Positions 16,889 through 25,968 of a stretch of DNA of 64,000 nt are shown in pieces. The stretch is from assembly GCA_038849525.1 (NCBI GenBank), contig JAWCMS010000001.1, forward strand, positions 142,584 through 206,583, given 5' to 3'. Each line of letters starts with the position of its first letter. Position 1 is the stretch's first letter. The notes under the pieces were generated by a model. That model was not told where the DNA came from. It saw nothing but the letters and a program-made list of their open reading frames with translations, and made no database searches. The translations under genes were made by a program, and so were the position numbers. Origin of the DNA: Candidatus Pacearchaeota archaeon (GTDB taxonomy: Archaea; Nanobdellota; Nanobdellia; Pacearchaeales; JAHJTO01).

Positions 16889-17653
16889 TTAATTTTTTTT
16901 AGAATTGAACTCATTAAGACTGCTATTCGGCATCTGATTTCTTATTCTCAATAAAATGTCTAAAGTCGCTAAGTTCCTAATTTCATCAGGTATTTTTAGT
17001 ATTGTGACCTTATTATTAAGTCTTTCCTTAACTATTGGGATGCCTTTTTTTATTATTTTTTGTACATAATCACGTATACTTGACTCAGAAAGGCCTGTTT
17101 TTTCTGAAAGAGTCTTGTAAGTTATTGATTTTTGACTTTTATCGACGGTAAATAAGATTTGAAAAATATAAAATTCTTGTTTTGTTAATGACCTAAAACG
17201 CATTTTTAAGTCATTTTTTAAATTGTTTACTAGTTCTGTGATGCTTTCTGTTTGTTGTTTAGATGTGTTGAAATATGTATTTGTTTGTTGGATTTCTTTG
17301 TCTATCTGTTGGATATCTGTTGGATTTTGTGTTGGAATATATGTTGGAATTTTATTTTGCAAAGAGAATTTATCGTCGATAATTGTTGAAAATATGTTGG
17401 TTGTTGGTCTGTCTGTCTGTCTGTCTGTTGGAACCCCTTTATTTCCTATGGAAATTTGCTGTATAAAGTTCGTTTTAATTTCTTGTAATTCTTTTTTAAG
17501 TGTAATTATTTGTTCTGTTAGAGAATCTATATCTCTTTTTACTTTTTCAAAGGCTTCTTTTAGTTTTTCTTCATTCATCTTATTTTTAAATCTATGTTTA
17601 ATTAAATAATTTATTATAATAGAATGATTAGGTATAGGTATGATCTCTTTCAT
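16889..17653 (-). CDS. coiled-coil protein with C-terminal HTH. Paralog of 15964..16620. Contains a (GTCT)5 tetranucleotide repeat.
   Basis: N-terminus EKLKEAFEKVKRDIDSLTEQI is similar to the paralog. C-terminus has LTKQEFYIFQILF...YKTLSEKTGLSESSIRDYVQK (HTH). The repeat encodes TDRQTDRP. Confidence 0.5.
   Translation of the reverse strand: MKEIIPIPNHSIIINYLIKHRFKNKMNEEKLKEAFEKVKRDIDSLTEQIITLKKELQEIKTNFIQQISIGNKGVPTDRQTDRPTTNIFSTIIDDKFSLQNKIPTYIPTQNPTDIQQIDKEIQQTNTYFNTSKQQTESITELVNNLKNDLKMRFRSLTKQEFYIFQILFTVDKSQKSITYKTLSEKTGLSESSIRDYVQKIIKKGIPIVKERLNNKVTILKIPDEIRNLATLDILLRIRNQMPNSSLNEFNSKKN
17407..17426. repeat. (GTCT)5 simple sequence repeat within CDS 16889..17653
   Basis: ggtctgtctgtctgtctgtctgtt. 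Flanked by further TGTTGGA-type reiterations at 17280-17350. Confidence 0.9.
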
Positions 17654-17936
17654 TATAATAAATCTTTTGCTTTTCTATAGTGTTATATGCTTCAAATGCT
17701 TTTGACGAAAGTCTCCATCTCAACCTTCTTGAATAAAGAACTCCATTAGGATTTTTATTTATACTTACAACAATCTTTTGACTTTCTAGTTCTTTTAAGA
17801 CTTTTTTTGTAAACTCTTCATCCCGTATTATTTCAGATGCTATTTCTGAAGTAAACATAGGTTTAGGAGAGTTTCTATATAAAACAGCAATAATTACCTC
17901 TTTTATCTTATCTATTTTATCTTTTGAAAGTCTCAT
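17628..17936 (-). CDS. small winged-HTH DNA-binding protein
   Basis: 102 aa with IIAVLYRNSPKPMFTSEIASEI...VLKELESQKIV. Overlaps the 3' end of the preceding gene by 26 bp. Confidence 0.45.
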   Translation of the reverse strand: MRLSKDKIDKIKEVIIAVLYRNSPKPMFTSEIASEIIRDEEFTKKVLKELESQKIVVSINKNPNGVLYSRRLRWRLSSKAFEAYNTIEKQKIYYNERDHTYT

Positions 17937-18040
17937 AAAAATAATTATGTAAACAGGGTTTATTAAATATTCGGTATACGGAAAAAATAATTTTATTTAT
18001 TTTTACTATCAAAAGTTAAGTTTTTAAATAGTTTAATAAA

Positions 18041-20650
18041 TTGATAAAAACCATGGAAATAGCTGTAAGAAAAAGCGAACAAGAATTATTAAATATTCTT
18101 GATCCTTTAGTAAGAGAGTGGTTTTTTTCTCACTTTAAAGAATTTTCAGAACCGCAACTCTATGGAGTAGTGCCTATCTATGAAAGGAAAAATATACTTA
18201 TCTCTGCTCCTACTGGAGGAACTAAAACTTTGACTGCTTTTCTTTCTATAATAAATTATCTTGTTATTTTGGCAAAAAAAAATGAACTTGAAGATAAGGT
18301 TTATTGTATTTATACAAGCCCGCTTAAAGCTTTGGCAAATGACATTCTTGTTAATCTAATTAATCCTCTAAAAGAAATAAATGAAATAGCCAAGAAAAAA
18401 GGGATTATGCTGCAAGAAATAAGAGTTTCTGTAAGAACAGGAGACACAACAATAGATGAAAGACAGAAGATGCTTAAGAAGGTACCACATATTCTTATAA
18501 CAACCCCCGAAACATTAGCAATAATATTAAATTCAATAAAACTTATTGAAAAGCTATCTAATGTTGAGTTTCTTATTGTTGATGAAATTCATGCTCTAGC
18601 AAGTAACAAAAGGGGTGTTCATTTATCACTAAGTATTGAAAGACTTAATGAGTTATCAATGATAAAACCGGTAAGAATAGGATTATCCGCAACTATAGCT
18701 CCTTTGAAAGATATTGCTAGTTATCTTGTAGGGTATGAAAATGGAAAACAAAGAGAGTGTTTAATTGCAGATATACATTCAACAAAAAAAATTGATTTGA
18801 AAGTTATAACCCCTGTTGAAGACTTGATAGATTCGCCAACTATAGAACAACAAAAAGGATTATATGAGCTACTTGATAAATTAATACAAGAACACAAAAC
18901 AACATTGATATTTACAAATACAAGAAGTGCTACTGAAAGGGTTATTAATCATTTAAAAGAGAGGTTTCCATCTAAATATATTGATAATATAGGGGCGCAT
19001 CACTCTTCTTTAAGTAAAGAATTTAGGTTCAAAATTGAAGAAAAGCTTAGAAAAGGAGAATTAAAGGTTGTTGTTACTTCAACAAGTTTAGAGCTAGGAA
19101 TAGACATAGGGTATATTGATTTAGTCATAATGCTTGGAAGCCCTAAAAGTGTAGCAAGAGCATTACAGAGAACGGGAAGAGCAGGACATAGATTACATGA
19201 AGTAAGTAAAGGAAGATTTGTTGTTCTTGATAGAGATGATTTGGTTGAATGTGCAGTAATGTTAAAAGAAGCAAAAGAAAATAAGATTGATAGTGTTCAA
19301 ATTCCAAAAAATTGCCTTGATGTTTTAAGTCAGCAGATTTATGGAATGGCAATATCAAAGGTTTGGCATGTAGGTGATATGTTAAGATTAATAAGACAAA
19401 GTTATTGCTATCATGATCTCAAAACAGAAGACTTCTATTCTGTTATTTCTTATCTCAGTGGAGAGTACGCTTTAAATGCAAGAAATGTATATGCAAAAAT
19501 ATGGTTCGACAGCAAGACCGGTATGATAGGTAAAAAAGGAAAACTTGCAAGAGCAATTTATATGACAAATGTAGGAACTATACCTGAAGAAAGTTTTGTA
19601 AATGTTATAATACAATTGCCTGTTGAAAAAAGAGATATGAAAATAGGGGTAATAGATGAGGGTTTTTTGGAAAGACTGAAAAGAGGAGATGTTTTTGTTC
19701 TTGGAGGGCATAAATACGAGTTTCTTTATGCTAAGGGTATGAACGCTTATGTAAATGCATCTGTATCAAAATCACCAAACATCCCTTCATGGTTCTCTGA
19801 GATGCTACCTTTATCCTTTGATCTTGCAATGGCTGAGCAAAGGTTTAGAAAACTGGTTGCAGAAAAATTTGAAATAAAAAAACCAGCAAATGAAATAATA
19901 AAATTTATTTCTAACTATCTTTATGTTGATGAAAAAACTGCCGAAATAATTTATTCTTATTTTTATGAGCAGTTTAGATATAGCAAGATACCACATCTTG
20001 AAAGATTATTAATAGAGTATTGGAATGATGGGAGGAAAAATTATGCTATATTCCACAGTTTATTTGGGAGGAGAATCAATGATGCTTTATCTAGAGCTTT
20101 GGCTTATGTTGTTGGAAGATTTGGGGGGAGAGATATAGAAATTGGAATAAATGATAATGGCTTTTATCTTGCTTCTCAGACAGAGATGCAGGTTGAAAGA
20201 GCAATCCATGAAATTAATAGTAAAAATCTGCGAGATATATTAGAAGAAGCTATTTCAAAGACAGAAGTCTTTAAGAGAAGATTTAGACATTGTGCCACAA
20301 GAGCACTAATGTTGCTAAGGAATTATAAAGGACATAGAAAAAGTGTTGGAAAACAGCAGATGTCTAGTCACTTTTTACTTACGGCAAGTCAAAAAGCATC
20401 GGCAGATTTTCCTATTTTAAAGGAGACTAAAAGAGAAATAATGAATGATTTAATGGATTTGGAAAATGCAAAATTAGTATTGGATTTGATAAAGGAAGGA
20501 AAGATAAAGATTGAAATATTAAACAAAGAATTGCCTTCTCCTTTTTCTCTTGGGTTAATAATACAAGGACATACAGATTTGATGAGAATAGAAGATAAAA
20601 TAGAATTTTTAAAAAGAATGCATAAAGAAATAATAAAAAAGATAGAGTAA
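18041..20650 (+). CDS. lhr: Lhr-core type superfamily 2 (SF2) ATP-dependent helicase
   Basis: 869 aa. Motif I APTGGTKTL (non-canonical G-T-K), II DEIH, III SAT, VI QRTGRAGHR. The long C-terminal extension is typical of Lhr-core. Followed by MPE. Confidence 0.75.
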   Translation: MIKTMEIAVRKSEQELLNILDPLVREWFFSHFKEFSEPQLYGVVPIYERKNILISAPTGGTKTLTAFLSIINYLVILAKKNELEDKVYCIYTSPLKALANDILVNLINPLKEINEIAKKKGIMLQEIRVSVRTGDTTIDERQKMLKKVPHILITTPETLAIILNSIKLIEKLSNVEFLIVDEIHALASNKRGVHLSLSIERLNELSMIKPVRIGLSATIAPLKDIASYLVGYENGKQRECLIADIHSTKKIDLKVITPVEDLIDSPTIEQQKGLYELLDKLIQEHKTTLIFTNTRSATERVINHLKERFPSKYIDNIGAHHSSLSKEFRFKIEEKLRKGELKVVVTSTSLELGIDIGYIDLVIMLGSPKSVARALQRTGRAGHRLHEVSKGRFVVLDRDDLVECAVMLKEAKENKIDSVQIPKNCLDVLSQQIYGMAISKVWHVGDMLRLIRQSYCYHDLKTEDFYSVISYLSGEYALNARNVYAKIWFDSKTGMIGKKGKLARAIYMTNVGTIPEESFVNVIIQLPVEKRDMKIGVIDEGFLERLKRGDVFVLGGHKYEFLYAKGMNAYVNASVSKSPNIPSWFSEMLPLSFDLAMAEQRFRKLVAEKFEIKKPANEIIKFISNYLYVDEKTAEIIYSYFYEQFRYSKIPHLERLLIEYWNDGRKNYAIFHSLFGRRINDALSRALAYVVGRFGGRDIEIGINDNGFYLASQTEMQVERAIHEINSKNLRDILEEAISKTEVFKRRFRHCATRALMLLRNYKGHRKSVGKQQMSSHFLLTASQKASADFPILKETKREIMNDLMDLENAKLVLDLIKEGKIKIEILNKELPSPFSLGLIIQGHTDLMRIEDKIEFLKRMHKEIIKKIE

Positions 20651-20661
20651 AAAATAAAAAA

Positions 20662-21381
20662 ATGAAAATTTTAAATGATATCGAAATTGTTGATAAGTGT
20701 CTTTTAATAAAGAAAAGAATTCTTGTAATAGCAGATTTACACATTGGTTATGAAGAAGCATTGAATAAACAAGGTATTTTTGTTCCGAGAATGCAATTTA
20801 AAGAAACAAAAAAAGAGATTAATAAAGTATTTAAAAAACTAAATAGAAAAAAAATAGAGAATATAATTATAAATGGTGATTTGAAGCATGAGTTTGGTGA
20901 AATTTCAACACAGGAATGGTTTGAAACATATGAAATTCTTAACATCTTTGAAAAACATTGTAAGAAAATTATTTTGGTAAAAGGAAATCATGATACAATC
21001 TTAAAACCGATAGCAAAGAGGAAGGGATTAAAGATAGAAAAAAAGTATATTATTGATAATGAAATAGCAATAATTCATGGTGATGAAATTATTGAAGATA
21101 AAGAAATTAATAAATGTAAAATATTAATTATTGCTCATGAACATCCTGCAATTTCACTATATGAAGAACCGAAAAGTGAAAAATATAAATGTTTTTTACT
21201 TGGTAATTTCAGAAATAAAAAGTTAGTTGTTATGCCTTCATTTCTTCCAATTATTGAAGGAACTGATGTAAGAAAAGAAGAACTTCTTTCTCCTTACCTT
21301 AAAAGAGATATTGGAAACTTTAAAGTTTTTATTGTAGGAGATAAAACATATAAGTTTGGAAAATTGAAAAATATAGGATAA
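20662..21381 (+). CDS. Metallophosphoesterase (MPE, Mre11/SbcD-related calcineurin-like) partner of Lhr
   Basis: Motifs ADLHIGYEE, INGDLKHE, VKGNHD and IAHEHP are phosphoesterase signatures. The Lhr-MPE gene pair is a known conserved arrangement. Confidence 0.7.
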   Translation: MKILNDIEIVDKCLLIKKRILVIADLHIGYEEALNKQGIFVPRMQFKETKKEINKVFKKLNRKKIENIIINGDLKHEFGEISTQEWFETYEILNIFEKHCKKIILVKGNHDTILKPIAKRKGLKIEKKYIIDNEIAIIHGDEIIEDKEINKCKILIIAHEHPAISLYEEPKSEKYKCFLLGNFRNKKLVVMPSFLPIIEGTDVRKEELLSPYLKRDIGNFKVFIVGDKTYKFGKLKNIG

Positions 21382-21431
21382 ATTTGATGTTTAAACAATA
21401 AGTATTTAATTAATTTTTATTTTATTTTTTA

Positions 21432-21513
21432 GGCAGGTTGCCAGAATGGTAATGGGATGGTCTCGAAAACCATTGTCCGCAAGGACTTACAGGTTCAAAT
21501 CCTGTACCTGCCG
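21432..21513 (+). tRNA. tRNA-Ser (anticodon CGA), type II with long variable arm, no intron
   Basis: GGCAGGT...ACCTGCC acceptor, anticodon loop TCTCGAA, variable arm TGTCCGCAAGGACTTAC, T-arm CAGGTTCAAATCCTG. Confidence 0.8.
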
Positions 21514-21548
21514 CTTAAATTTTTAAATTGTGATATATTAGAAAGAAT

Positions 21549-21980
21549 ATGAAAACAAGAAAAGGAATCGTAGCGATAATTTTTGTGAGGAATAAAGAAA
21601 AGAAATATTTACTTCTAAGAAGAAAAATGTATTGGATTGGTTGGGAGTGGCTTAAAGGTGGAAGAAAAAAAGGGGAAAAAGAAATTGAATGTTTAAAAAG
21701 AGAAATAAAAGAAGAGACTGGAAAAAATGTTGAAGAGTATATTGTTAAAAAAACTAATTATATTTTTTCTTTTAAATATGAAAGACCGTTTGTTCATGAT
21801 AAAGAGTTATGGAGGGGGGCAAAAAACAGAGTATATTTAGTTGAATTTAATAATAAAAAGATAAAACTTGATAAGGATGAGCATTCTTCTTTTAGATGGG
21901 TAACAAGAAAAAAAGCCTTAAAAATGATAACGTGGGATGATCAAAGAAAGGTATTTGAAAAGTTAACAAAAAATCTCTAA
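21549..21980 (+). CDS. Nudix hydrolase
   Basis: Nudix box GGRKKGEKEIECLKREIKEETG (G-x5-E-x7-REUxEExGU). Confidence 0.75.
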   Translation: MKTRKGIVAIIFVRNKEKKYLLLRRKMYWIGWEWLKGGRKKGEKEIECLKREIKEETGKNVEEYIVKKTNYIFSFKYERPFVHDKELWRGAKNRVYLVEFNNKKIKLDKDEHSSFRWVTRKKALKMITWDDQRKVFEKLTKNL

Positions 21981-21987
21981 AATTAAT

Positions 21988-22428
21988 TTAACCTGTATAA
22001 GTTGAGGATTTCGATGTTTTTTCTTCTTCTGGCCTTATTATTGGGAGTCTTAGATGAGGGGGTAAATTGAAGTCTTCTTCTAGTTCAAGAGCTTTAATAT
22101 TGCATTTATGAAAAATAGTATTAAATACACGAAGTTTTATATCAGATTCTAAAATCTTTTTCTTTTTCCATTCTTCAAGAATGCCTTTTGCTTCTTTTGG
22201 TTCGGCCATAACAAGAATAAATCCTCTAAAAAGCAATTCTGCAAGTTCTGGTTCGTAATTTATAGAATATTCAAAATCAAATTTCAGAACATCTTTATTC
22301 TCAACAAGCTTTATTTTTTCTTCTTTGACATCTTTTATATCAATCTTAGAAGAAACCTGAAATTTTCCTTTCATATCGTTTTTTCTATCAATTAAAATCT
22401 TTGTTAATGTAAATCCTACTATTTGCAT
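21988..22428 (-). CDS. hypothetical protein
   Basis: 146-aa ORF. Confidence 0.4.
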   Translation of the reverse strand: MQIVGFTLTKILIDRKNDMKGKFQVSSKIDIKDVKEEKIKLVENKDVLKFDFEYSINYEPELAELLFRGFILVMAEPKEAKGILEEWKKKKILESDIKLRVFNTIFHKCNIKALELEEDFNLPPHLRLPIIRPEEEKTSKSSTYTG

Positions 22429-22493
22429 AAATATAATGATAAAAGAACATTTTTAAATGTTTTTGAAGTTTATAATATAATAAAAATTTAGAA

Positions 22494-22754
22494 TTATGCT
22501 AAATCTTCTTCACTTACAACTACAAAATCACCTATTGCTATAATTGCACTATAAGGAATAAGTAAATCATTATCTTTTGTTTTTTCTAACCCTAAAGAGA
22601 GAGCATAAGCTGTAGGTTGTGTAAGCATTAGATGTATTAATTCACCAGTTTTTATTTCAAAAGTAATATCTTTTACTACACCAAGCCTCCTACCTTCTTT
22701 TGTTACTACGCTTTTAGTAAGAATTTCTTTAAGAGGCTTTTTTTCTAATGCCAT
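22494..22754 (-). CDS. PRC-barrel domain protein
   Basis: 86 aa with VVTKEGRRLGVVKDITFEIKTGELIHLML, a PRC-barrel pattern. A paralog lies at 44483..44758. Confidence 0.55.
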   Translation of the reverse strand: MALEKKPLKEILTKSVVTKEGRRLGVVKDITFEIKTGELIHLMLTQPTAYALSLGLEKTKDNDLLIPYSAIIAIGDFVVVSEEDLA

Positions 22755-22895
22755 ATTCTTTTATAAGTTAATTAATTTATAAATGTTTCTATTTTATAAT
22801 GACTTTTTTATAATAAAGTAGTAAGAGCTTTAAAATTTAAATTTATGTTTAATTTGATATCTAAAATAATTTTAAAAATTCGTTTAATTTTTTAA

Positions 22896-22926
22896 GTGTC
22901 CCCTTCATTGCTTATGGAAATATAAA
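22896..22926. repeat. ORB-like box 1 (G-string plus ATGGAAATATA)
   Basis: gtgtccccttcattgcttATGGAAATATAaa. Its reverse complement, TTCCATAAGCAATGAAGGGGA, resembles the archaeal ORB dyad TTCCAGTGGAAAC...GGGG. Confidence 0.45.
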
Positions 22927-23080
22927 AAAATTTAAAAAGATTGTCAAAAATTTTATTTTCTTTTTTTATTTAATTTATAAATTTTTATATATTTTTATAT
23001 TATATATTATAAATATATTTTTCTAATATATTTTTTAAAAATAAATTATCTTATAAAATAAATAAATATTTTTAAATTTT

Positions 23081-23104
23081 GTTTCCAATGGAAATATAGG
23101 TCTG
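23081..23104. repeat. mini-ORB-like box 2 (TTCCAATGGAAA dyad)
   Basis: gTTTCCAATGGAAATATAgg contains the palindromic core TTCCA-ATGGAA, like the mini-ORB TTCCAGTGGAAA. Confidence 0.5.
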
Positions 23105-23232
23105 TATTATTATTTTTCATTTGAAATATATTTATAAAAGGAGCTTTTTTTAAAAAATAACAAAAAATGTAAAAGGAGGCAAAAGAGGCTAAGGATTTAA
23201 TAAATTTTATAATTTATTTTTAAGATAGCCTT

Positions 23233-24447
23233 TTGTTTTTCATGTCAATAAAATTAGACAAAATTTTTGATTCTTTTACTAAGGAAAGTATATTTAAAAA
23301 TAAATTTATTCTTCAATCAAATTATGTACCAGAAGCAATACAACATAGAGATAAACAAATAAAACAAGTTGCATCAATACTTGCACCTTGTCTTAGATTA
23401 GAAAGGCCTAGTAATCTTTTTATTTATGGTAAAACAGGTACTGGCAAAACAATTTCAATAACTTTTGTTAAAAATGAACTGTTGAAAAGAGCACAAGAGC
23501 AAGATATTCCGTTAACAATAGAGTATATAAATTGTAAACTAAAAAAAGTTGCGGATACAGAATATAGAATTTTAGCAGAACTTATTAAAAAACTCGGTGG
23601 AAATGTTCCATCTACAGGACTCCCTACAGATCAAGTATACCAAAAATTTATTGAAATTGTGGATTCAAAAAAACAATTATTAATTATTATACTTGATGAA
23701 ATAGATCAAGCAGTTAAGAAAATAGATGATAATTTTCTTTATAATCTTACAAGACTAAATTCAGAGCTTACTAAAGCCCAAATGTCAATTATAGGGATAA
23801 GTAATGATGTGAGATTTCTTGATTATATTGATCCAAGAATAAAAAGTAGCTTATCAGAGGAAGAACTTGTTTTTCCACCATATAATGCTTTACAATTAAA
23901 AGATATTTTAAAAGAAAGAGCAATAAAAGCATTTAAAGAAAATGTAATTGGAGAAGGAGTTATAGAAAAATGTGCTGCATATGCTGCACGTGAACATGGT
24001 GATGCAAGAAGGGCATTAGATTTATTAAGAATAGCTGGAGAGCTAGCAGAAAGAGATGGAAAAAATATTGTTTTATTAGAATATATAGACAAGGCAAATG
24101 AAAAAATAGAACGTGATAAAATTTTTGATGTTGTTGCAACACAACCAAAACAATTTCAGCTTGTTCTTATGGCTATTATAATTTCAGAAGAAAAAAAAAT
24201 GGAACAAATTTTTACTGGTGACATCTATAATATTTATCAAGCTTTATGTAATAAAACCTCTACTGAACCACTAACACAAAGAAGAATAGGGGATATTATT
24301 GCAGAATTTGATATGCTTGGGATAATAAACGCAAGAGTAGTAAGCAAAGGCAGATATGGAAGGACAAGGGAAATTAAACTTGCAATTCCATCTACCATTC
24401 TTGACAAAATAAAAGAAATGATAAAAGATTCTTTAGGTTTAAAATGA
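23233..24447 (+). CDS. cdc6: Orc1/Cdc6 replication initiator (AAA+ with C-terminal winged helix)
   Basis: Walker A GKTGTGKT, Walker B LIIILDEID, sensor regions and C-terminal wH. Confidence 0.9.
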   Translation: MFFMSIKLDKIFDSFTKESIFKNKFILQSNYVPEAIQHRDKQIKQVASILAPCLRLERPSNLFIYGKTGTGKTISITFVKNELLKRAQEQDIPLTIEYINCKLKKVADTEYRILAELIKKLGGNVPSTGLPTDQVYQKFIEIVDSKKQLLIIILDEIDQAVKKIDDNFLYNLTRLNSELTKAQMSIIGISNDVRFLDYIDPRIKSSLSEEELVFPPYNALQLKDILKERAIKAFKENVIGEGVIEKCAAYAAREHGDARRALDLLRIAGELAERDGKNIVLLEYIDKANEKIERDKIFDVVATQPKQFQLVLMAIIISEEKKMEQIFTGDIYNIYQALCNKTSTEPLTQRRIGDIIAEFDMLGIINARVVSKGRYGRTREIKLAIPSTILDKIKEMIKDSLGLK

Positions 24448-25961
24448 GTATTATTAAAGCCTTTTTACAAGAAGGAATCCTTATAGAACCATCACTTTTA
24501 GAATTTTTTAAAACAAATCAAATAAGTTATAATCTCATTGATGTTATAAAGAGTCTTAATATAAGTTTTTTATCAAAAGATGTATTATTTCAAAATAATG
24601 AAAAAATAAAATTCTTTTTAGAGAGTATTAAACATGGAAAAAATGATGAAGAAAAAGCGTTGATAGAAAAAACAATTGAGTGTTTGTCTATTTTCAAAAA
24701 AGAAATAAAAAATGAAACAAAAGAAAATAAAATTAAATTTAAAATTCTTGAATCATGGAAAATTCCAAGTAGAAAAATAAATGTTGATGATTTTGTAAAA
24801 TATTTCAAAAATAGACTTGTTATATTAAAAACTGCTCTACAAGAAAGAGCTGAACTTGTAAATTTAACTGCAATAAATAAAATATCAAATCAAAAACAAA
24901 ATAATATAAGTATTATTGGAATCGTATATGAAAAGATAATTACAAAAAATAAAAATATAATTTTAGAGATAGAAGATTTTACTGGAAGAATTTCTGTTCT
25001 TGTAAATTTTAATAAGGAAGATGTTTATAAAAAAGCTGAAAAGGTACTGCTTGATGATGTTATTGGTATAAAAGGAAGTGGAAATTCCGAACTTTTATTT
25101 GCAAACGATATCTTTTTTCCAGATGCATTTATACCAAAGAAAGAGGGTGATAAAGAAGATTTTGCCGCTTTTATTTCAGATATTCATATAGGTTCAAGTA
25201 TGTTTTTGGAGGATGAATTTTTAAGATTTATTAATTGGTTAAACTTAGAAAAAGGGAGCGATGAACAAAAAGAGATAGCTAAAAAGGTAAAATATCTTTT
25301 TATAGTAGGAGACACAGTAGATGGTGTAGGAGTTTATCCAGGTCAAGAAGATTTATTAAAAATTAAAGATGTAAAAGAACAATATATGAAATTAGCAGAG
25401 TTTTTAAATAATATAAGAAAAGATATTACAATTTTTATGATTCCTGGACAACATGATGCTGTAAGAATTGCAGAGCCACAACCTCCAATAGATGAAGATT
25501 ACGCTCCAGAACTTTATAAAATAAATAATCTTGTTTTATTAAGCAACCCTTCTATGGTAGAAGTTTGTGGAAGAAAAATTTTACTTTATCACGGTGCAAG
25601 TTTTCATAATATTATAGATGGCATTGAAGAATTAAGACTTGCAAATGCACATAACAATCCTTCTAAAGTGATTAAAACAATTTTAAACAAAAGACATTTA
25701 GCACCAACACACGCATCAACAGTATATATTCCTACTAAAGATACAGACCCGTTAGCAATAAGAGAAGTACCTGATGTTATTGCAACAGGAGAGCTACATA
25801 AAGTAGATATTGGTTTTTATAACAATATTAGAATAATAGCTTCTTCATGTTGGCAATCTCAAACACCCTTTGAAGAAAAAGTTGGCAATTTATCTGAACC
25901 ATGTAAGGTTCCTATTTTGAATTTAAAAAATAATTCAGTAAAAATAATGGATTTTTCATAA
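24444..25961 (+). CDS. polB: DNA polymerase II (PolD) small subunit DP1 (3'-5' exonuclease, calcineurin-like)
   Basis: Phosphoesterase motifs FISDIHIGS, FIVGDTVDG, IPGQHDA and LYHGASF. 4-bp overlap with cdc6. Confidence 0.85.
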   Translation: MSIIKAFLQEGILIEPSLLEFFKTNQISYNLIDVIKSLNISFLSKDVLFQNNEKIKFFLESIKHGKNDEEKALIEKTIECLSIFKKEIKNETKENKIKFKILESWKIPSRKINVDDFVKYFKNRLVILKTALQERAELVNLTAINKISNQKQNNISIIGIVYEKIITKNKNIILEIEDFTGRISVLVNFNKEDVYKKAEKVLLDDVIGIKGSGNSELLFANDIFFPDAFIPKKEGDKEDFAAFISDIHIGSSMFLEDEFLRFINWLNLEKGSDEQKEIAKKVKYLFIVGDTVDGVGVYPGQEDLLKIKDVKEQYMKLAEFLNNIRKDITIFMIPGQHDAVRIAEPQPPIDEDYAPELYKINNLVLLSNPSMVEVCGRKILLYHGASFHNIIDGIEELRLANAHNNPSKVIKTILNKRHLAPTHASTVYIPTKDTDPLAIREVPDVIATGELHKVDIGFYNNIRIIASSCWQSQTPFEEKVGNLSEPCKVPILNLKNNSVKIMDFS

Positions 25962-25968
25962 TAAAAAC

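Larger units (their letters stand above)
22755..23232. promoter_or_regulatory. Predicted chromosomal replication origin (oriC) with DUE and ORB-like boxes
   Basis: A 478-bp spacer that is very AT-rich by eye (long A/T-only runs at 22930-23075). It lies immediately upstream of orc1/cdc6 followed by polD. Two boxes share ATGGAAATATA. Confidence 0.6.
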
